Source of the DNA: Spirochaetia bacterium | Lineage (GTDB): Bacteria; Spirochaetota; Spirochaetia; DSM-2461 | Length of the DNA stretch: 64,000 bases | Assembly: GCA_963668315.1 (NCBI GenBank) | Contig: OY764216.1 | Coordinates: forward strand, 1,792,001 to 1,856,000 | Reading direction: 5' to 3' | Shown here: positions 60,000-64,000 of the stretch, piece by piece | Numbering within the stretch: the stretch's first letter is position 1 | Layout of the letters: every line of letters starts with the position of its first letter | The notes under the pieces: model-generated | Databases searched by the model: none | The model's input: the letters and a program-made list of their open reading frames with translations, nothing else | Told to the model about the DNA's origin: nothing | Made by a program: the position numbers and the translations under genes

Positions 60000-61484
60000 T
60001 CAGCCTTTTCTCTTGACGTAGATAACGAGAATATCTCCCTCATCTTTCCTGCCGAAAAACCGGTTTCTTTCATCAATGAGTTCCCGGACCATATCGGCTG
60101 AGTTCCCTTTGAATGTCTCCAGCGTTTCGGGAAGTTTCTCCTTGGCGAAGTTTCTCTCCGTTACCGGGGCCGCCTTGTTGAGAAAGGTATTGTTGGCGAT
60201 AAGGAACGAATCTCCCGGCTGACAGGGAAGGGAGTAGCTCTTGATGTCTTCAACACCTTCCGCCTTGTCCTGGATAAGGGGAGCGCATTTGTTCAGCCTG
60301 CCGTTAAGATAATAGACCGGAGGGTTGGCATACCCCGTGTATTCCACCGTTTCTTCCTTGAATTTGAGTACCGATCCTTCCAGGGATTCCCCGGGGAATA
60401 TTTCTCTGAGACGGGCGTCTATGCGGCGGTAAAGTGAAGCAAGGGAGGAGGTTTCGTTGAAGCTCTCGGCCCACTCTTTTTTCAGTAGTGCCCCGTAGAG
60501 AGCTCCCTTGGGAGCTTCGGGTGTGACAAAGAGGGATAGTCCCGCCACTTTACGTCCGTAGGTGTAGTAGAAGTCAAAGAGTTCCTTCCTGCCTCCCCTG
60601 CGGGACTGGTTGAAATACGTGGTGACTTCCCAGAGACCGTCATGGTGTATGACGGCGGGAAGCAGACCCCGGCTTACCTTTCTGGCCTGTCCCGTCAGCT
60701 CTCCCAGCTCCTGTTCTCTGTCAGCCAGAAGGCTGTTCAGGTCGTTCTGCTTTGTCCGGGATTCGGAAAGCTGTTCACGCAGTTCTCCCACGGGATGGTT
60801 TTTCTCTTTCTCCATCCTGTTCTGGGGGCCGGTGAAAAGTCGTATGAACTCCCACAGCATGAGCAGGGGAAGAGAATACATGATAGACCAGCGGACCGGG
60901 GAGGCGCCCATGGCGAAGGCGGTCACGGGAGGAATGAGGTAAATGAGCAGGGATACGGTTTCCCAGCCCTTTCCGGCTTCATGGAAGCAGTAGGCAACGA
61001 TTAGCCGGATGAGCAGAAAAAGACCGATAACCGATAGGGAGGGTATCTTCCAGTCCGGCCTCGCCAGGAGGGATGTGACGGCTCCCGTGCCACGGGTATA
61101 GTGAGCGGTTACCGCCAGGCCGGTCAGAATAACGAAAAGAGCGACGAGGGACAGAACCGCCTGTATATGGGAACGGGATTTTAATCCAAAGTGATAATAA
61201 AGGGCGTAAAAGAACAGTGTCAGGTTAAAGATTATCTGAGCCGACAGGCTCCACAGATCTGATGCCGCACCGGTCAGCAGGGGGAGGCCTGTTCCGGGAA
61301 GCCCCGCGGTCAGAGCGTTCAAGGTCAGGAAAAAAGTGAAAAACGTATAAAAGAGACGGTTCGCCCCTCCGCTCCGTGCTGTGCCTGTCAGGGCCGTTAT
61401 CGTGAACAGAGTTCCTATTAAAGCCGTTCCCGCCGTAACGAGGATGAATGCCGTAAAATCCATAAATAAAGCGATATCTGTCAT
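60000..61484 (-). CDS. Multi-TM protein with coiled coil and degenerate SpoIIE/PP2C-like domain
   Basis: About 7 TM segments, coiled coil, then AR.V..GLLP, Y.G..NPP, PGD.FL and terminal GDILVI, which follow the PP2C layout. Confidence 0.6.
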   Translation of the reverse strand: MTDIALFMDFTAFILVTAGTALIGTLFTITALTGTARSGGANRLFYTFFTFFLTLNALTAGLPGTGLPLLTGAASDLWSLSAQIIFNLTLFFYALYYHFGLKSRSHIQAVLSLVALFVILTGLAVTAHYTRGTGAVTSLLARPDWKIPSLSVIGLFLLIRLIVAYCFHEAGKGWETVSLLIYLIPPVTAFAMGASPVRWSIMYSLPLLMLWEFIRLFTGPQNRMEKEKNHPVGELREQLSESRTKQNDLNSLLADREQELGELTGQARKVSRGLLPAVIHHDGLWEVTTYFNQSRRGGRKELFDFYYTYGRKVAGLSLFVTPEAPKGALYGALLKKEWAESFNETSSLASLYRRIDARLREIFPGESLEGSVLKFKEETVEYTGYANPPVYYLNGRLNKCAPLIQDKAEGVEDIKSYSLPCQPGDSFLIANNTFLNKAAPVTERNFAKEKLPETLETFKGNSADMVRELIDERNRFFGRKDEGDILVIYVKRKG

Positions 61485-61585
61485 CTTGTCCCCAATTAGT
61501 TAATCAATTCCTTCTCTTTCTATATCGACAGGTAGGTAAAAAAAATATATAATAAAACGAAATAGTTGCATCTACGCGGCTTTTT

Positions 61586-63511
61586 ATGAGTGAGGCTATG
61601 AATTTCAACGAATTAGATCTTTCAGAAAATCTGAAAAAAGCCATCGATGAGATGGGCTTTGTAGAATGCACCCCCGTACAGGAAGAGACTTTAAAACTTG
61701 CCATTGAAGATAAGAAGGACGTATTGGCTCAGTCACAGACCGGAACCGGTAAGACTGCGGCTTTCCTCATCCCTATCTTCCATCTCTTCCAGGAAGACGA
61801 ATCGCACAAAGGGGGTAAGGCACTTATTGTTGTGCCTACCAGAGAGCTTGCCCTTCAGGTAGAGAAGGAGGCAGAGAGGCTCAATACTTATCTTGACTTT
61901 AATATTCTGGCTGTTTACGGCGGTGTGGGATATCAGAAACAGGAAAAGGAACTGGAGAAGGGAGCGGACATTGTCATTGCCACTCCCGGACGGCTTATCG
62001 ACTTCAAGAAGTCCGGTAAGATAGACTTGAAAGAGATGGACTTCCTTGTCATTGACGAGGCCGACCGTCTTTTCGATATGGGATTTCTACCCGATTTAAC
62101 CTATATCTTGAAAGCCATGAAACCGCCTTCCGAGCGGACGACCATGCTTTTCAGCGCCACTCTGGGAACCCGGGTGGGGAATCTGGCCTGGGAATTTATG
62201 AATGATCCCGGCGAAATTGTTATCGAGCCTGAAAGCGTGACTATCGATCTGGTCAAACAGGAACTTTACCATGTGGGCCGTGAGGAGAAGATGTCCCTCC
62301 TGCTGGGGCTGATCAAAAAGCATAATCCCCAGTCCGCCGTAATTTTTACCAATACCAAGGGTATGGCTTATGAAGTCTCGAAGAGACTGGAAGCCAACGG
62401 CTATAAATCCCGTTATCTGATCGGCGATCTGCCCCAGAATAAGCGTACCGCTGTCATGGACAGTATGAAGAGGGGGGAGATTCCCTTTCTTGTCGCCACC
62501 GATGTCGCCGCCCGCGGTCTTCATATCAATGATCTGGAAATGGTATTTAATTACGATCTTCCCGAAGAAGCCGAGAGTTATGTACACCGGATCGGACGAA
62601 CGGGCCGCGCGGGGAAAGAGGGACATGCCATTTCCCTGGCCTGTGAGAATTATGTGCTGGGCCTGCCCTCCATCGAGTCCTATATCGAAATGAAGATTCC
62701 CGTCGTATGGGCCGAAGATGAAGTATTCGTCGAGGATGCCAGTGCGGGACAGCGTTTTCGTCTTGATGACGAGCGCGGCGGCCGAGGCGGCAGAGACAGC
62801 CGAGGCGGAAGAGACAATCGAGGCGGAAGAGACAACCGGTCGGGAAATCGCGACCGTAACGGTTCCAGGAACGGAGGCCCCCGGGATAACCGAGGCGGCC
62901 GTACCGGCGGTCCCAGAAAGAGGGATGACTCCCGGGCTGCCAGTGTTGTTGACCAGGCAGTCGGTTCCATAGACTCCTTTGGGAAGGACGGCAAGAAATC
63001 CTATGCCCAGGGAAACAGGAACAGGCCGAAAAAGGGCAGGGGACAGCAGGGAGAAAGAAAGCCTTCCGAACGCGGCCGCGCTTACGAGGTGGAATCTTCC
63101 ATCTCGGGCGATCTTTCCGTGGAAGACAGGCTGGCTTACTACAAAAAGAAGTACGGAGACGACTTCAAGCCGACCGATGCCATGATGAATAGCGAGAAGA
63201 GTAGAAAGCCTTCGGGCAAAAAGCCTTCGGGCAAAAAAAATACCGGAGGAAACAAGGGCAACCAGAACCGGCCGAACAGCGGCAAAGGGAAAGGTCCTCA
63301 GCCTCAGGGGAAAAGCACCGGCGGCAAACCGAATACACAGAATGCTCCCGGTAAGGGTAAAGCCGCTTCCGGTAAGGGAAAGGGCGCACCCCACAAGGGT
63401 AAGGGGAATGCCGGTCAGACCCGGAAACCCGCTGCTGAAGCAGCCGTTCAGAAACCGGCGGCAAAGCCCCAGAAAGTTTCTTTTCTCAAGAAGCTTTTCG
63501 GAAAGAAGTGA
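61586..63511 (+). CDS. DEAD-box RNA helicase with a long RGG/Lys-rich tail
   Basis: Q motif, QTGTGKT, PTRELA, TPGR, DEAD, SAT, ARGL, HRIGRTGRAG. Confidence 0.95.
   Translation: MSEAMNFNELDLSENLKKAIDEMGFVECTPVQEETLKLAIEDKKDVLAQSQTGTGKTAAFLIPIFHLFQEDESHKGGKALIVVPTRELALQVEKEAERLNTYLDFNILAVYGGVGYQKQEKELEKGADIVIATPGRLIDFKKSGKIDLKEMDFLVIDEADRLFDMGFLPDLTYILKAMKPPSERTTMLFSATLGTRVGNLAWEFMNDPGEIVIEPESVTIDLVKQELYHVGREEKMSLLLGLIKKHNPQSAVIFTNTKGMAYEVSKRLEANGYKSRYLIGDLPQNKRTAVMDSMKRGEIPFLVATDVAARGLHINDLEMVFNYDLPEEAESYVHRIGRTGRAGKEGHAISLACENYVLGLPSIESYIEMKIPVVWAEDEVFVEDASAGQRFRLDDERGGRGGRDSRGGRDNRGGRDNRSGNRDRNGSRNGGPRDNRGGRTGGPRKRDDSRAASVVDQAVGSIDSFGKDGKKSYAQGNRNRPKKGRGQQGERKPSERGRAYEVESSISGDLSVEDRLAYYKKKYGDDFKPTDAMMNSEKSRKPSGKKPSGKKNTGGNKGNQNRPNSGKGKGPQPQGKSTGGKPNTQNAPGKGKAASGKGKGAPHKGKGNAGQTRKPAAEAAVQKPAAKPQKVSFLKKLFGKK
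62783..62836 (+). repeat. 3 x 18-bp in-frame tandem repeat (RGGRDS/N)
   Basis: CGAGGCGG(C/A)AGAGACA(GC/AT/AC) x3. Confidence 0.85.
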
Positions 63512-63583
63512 TTTTCTGGGCTTAGGCCCTTTGACAAGTAAAGTGTCAGGCCGTTCTTCGGAGCGGCATGACAGCAGAAAAGG

Positions 63584-63618
63584 AATCCCCCGGGTCAAGG
63601 CATCGGGGGATTTTTTTT
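63584..63618 (+). terminator. Intrinsic terminator
   Basis: AATCCCCCG...CGGGGGATT followed by a T-run. Confidence 0.75.
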
Positions 63619-63631
63619 ATCCCTGAAAAAA

Positions 63632-64000
63632 TCAGGTTTTTACGAAGAAGGCGGAGAAACGTCCCGCCGATTCTCCGCTTTTTCTGTAAGAAAAGAAAGG
63701 CGTATTGCTGCAGAGAGTGCAGTGAGGGGAGAGCCGGATATTCTCTTTTTTAACACCCGCTTCAATCAGCTGTACTCTGTTCGCATCTTTTAAATCCAGA
63801 TAAAGCTTTCCCTCCCGGATGGAGGTAGGATCATCGTGGTAGTTCAGGGAAGCAAAGAGTTGATCCCTGACGTGGGAGCCGATTTCATAACAGCAGCCCC
63901 CAATGGAAGGACCGATGAAGGCCATGATGTTTTCCGGCTGGCTCCCGTAACTCTCCGCCATGGCTTGGACTGTCTTCATGAGTATGAGCCCGGCCGTACC
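63632..64000 (-). CDS. pgeF: PgeF/YfiH (purine nucleoside phosphorylase / laccase-domain) protein; 5' end lies outside the window
   Basis: IGPSIGGCCYEIG, LDL..AN..QL, CT.C and FFSYR. Confidence 0.9.
   Translation of the reverse strand, partial: GTAGLILMKTVQAMAESYGSQPENIMAFIGPSIGGCCYEIGSHVRDQLFASLNYHDDPTSIREGKLYLDLKDANRVQLIEAGVKKENIRLSPHCTLCSNTPFFSYRKSGESAGRFSAFFVKT

Noticed and set aside
63541..63612. SRP RNA (ffs) candidate
   Set aside because: Lacks the conserved CAGG...GGAA...AGCAG domain IV pattern.

Overview
A gene-dense, moderately GC-rich bacterial chromosome segment, very likely from a free-living or anaerobic spirochaete (Spirochaetales). The evidence is an archaeal-type UMP kinase, an antiporter-PTS EIIA fusion, a short muramidase-less FlgJ, the rpoZ-miaA-bS22 cluster and the flgG-flgJ-sigma-tsaD order. 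Most content is core or housekeeping: tRNA-Ala(GGC), GH2 beta-mannosidase with an AraC regulator, two HD-GYP proteins, nfo, rbsK, mcsA-mcsB-clpC, ferredoxin, a porin-like protein with two OmpR-family regulators, pyrH, an M18 aminopeptidase, oppABCDF, birA-bioYMN, an M32 carboxypeptidase, flgFGJ, an RpoS-like sigma factor, tsaD, rpe, recA, folK, hrpA, rpoZ, miaA, dxs, a DEAD-box helicase and pgeF. One AT-rich IS1-like element is present. No CRISPR array, prophage or defence island was seen. The main observations are: (1) a consensus sigma54 promoter in front of the RpoS-like sigma factor, suggesting a Borrelia-like RpoN-RpoS cascade; (2) a porin with a compositionally foreign core, upstream TTACA repeats and two kinase-less pseudo-receiver OmpR regulators; (3) an McsB with a degenerate catalytic site; (4) many apparently leaderless genes; (5) a sigma28-driven 65-aa unknown protein; (6) two Flavo-1-like RNA elements; (7) two small genes missing from the ORF track (ferredoxin and bS22). 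All calls come from motif reading by eye; no searches were run.
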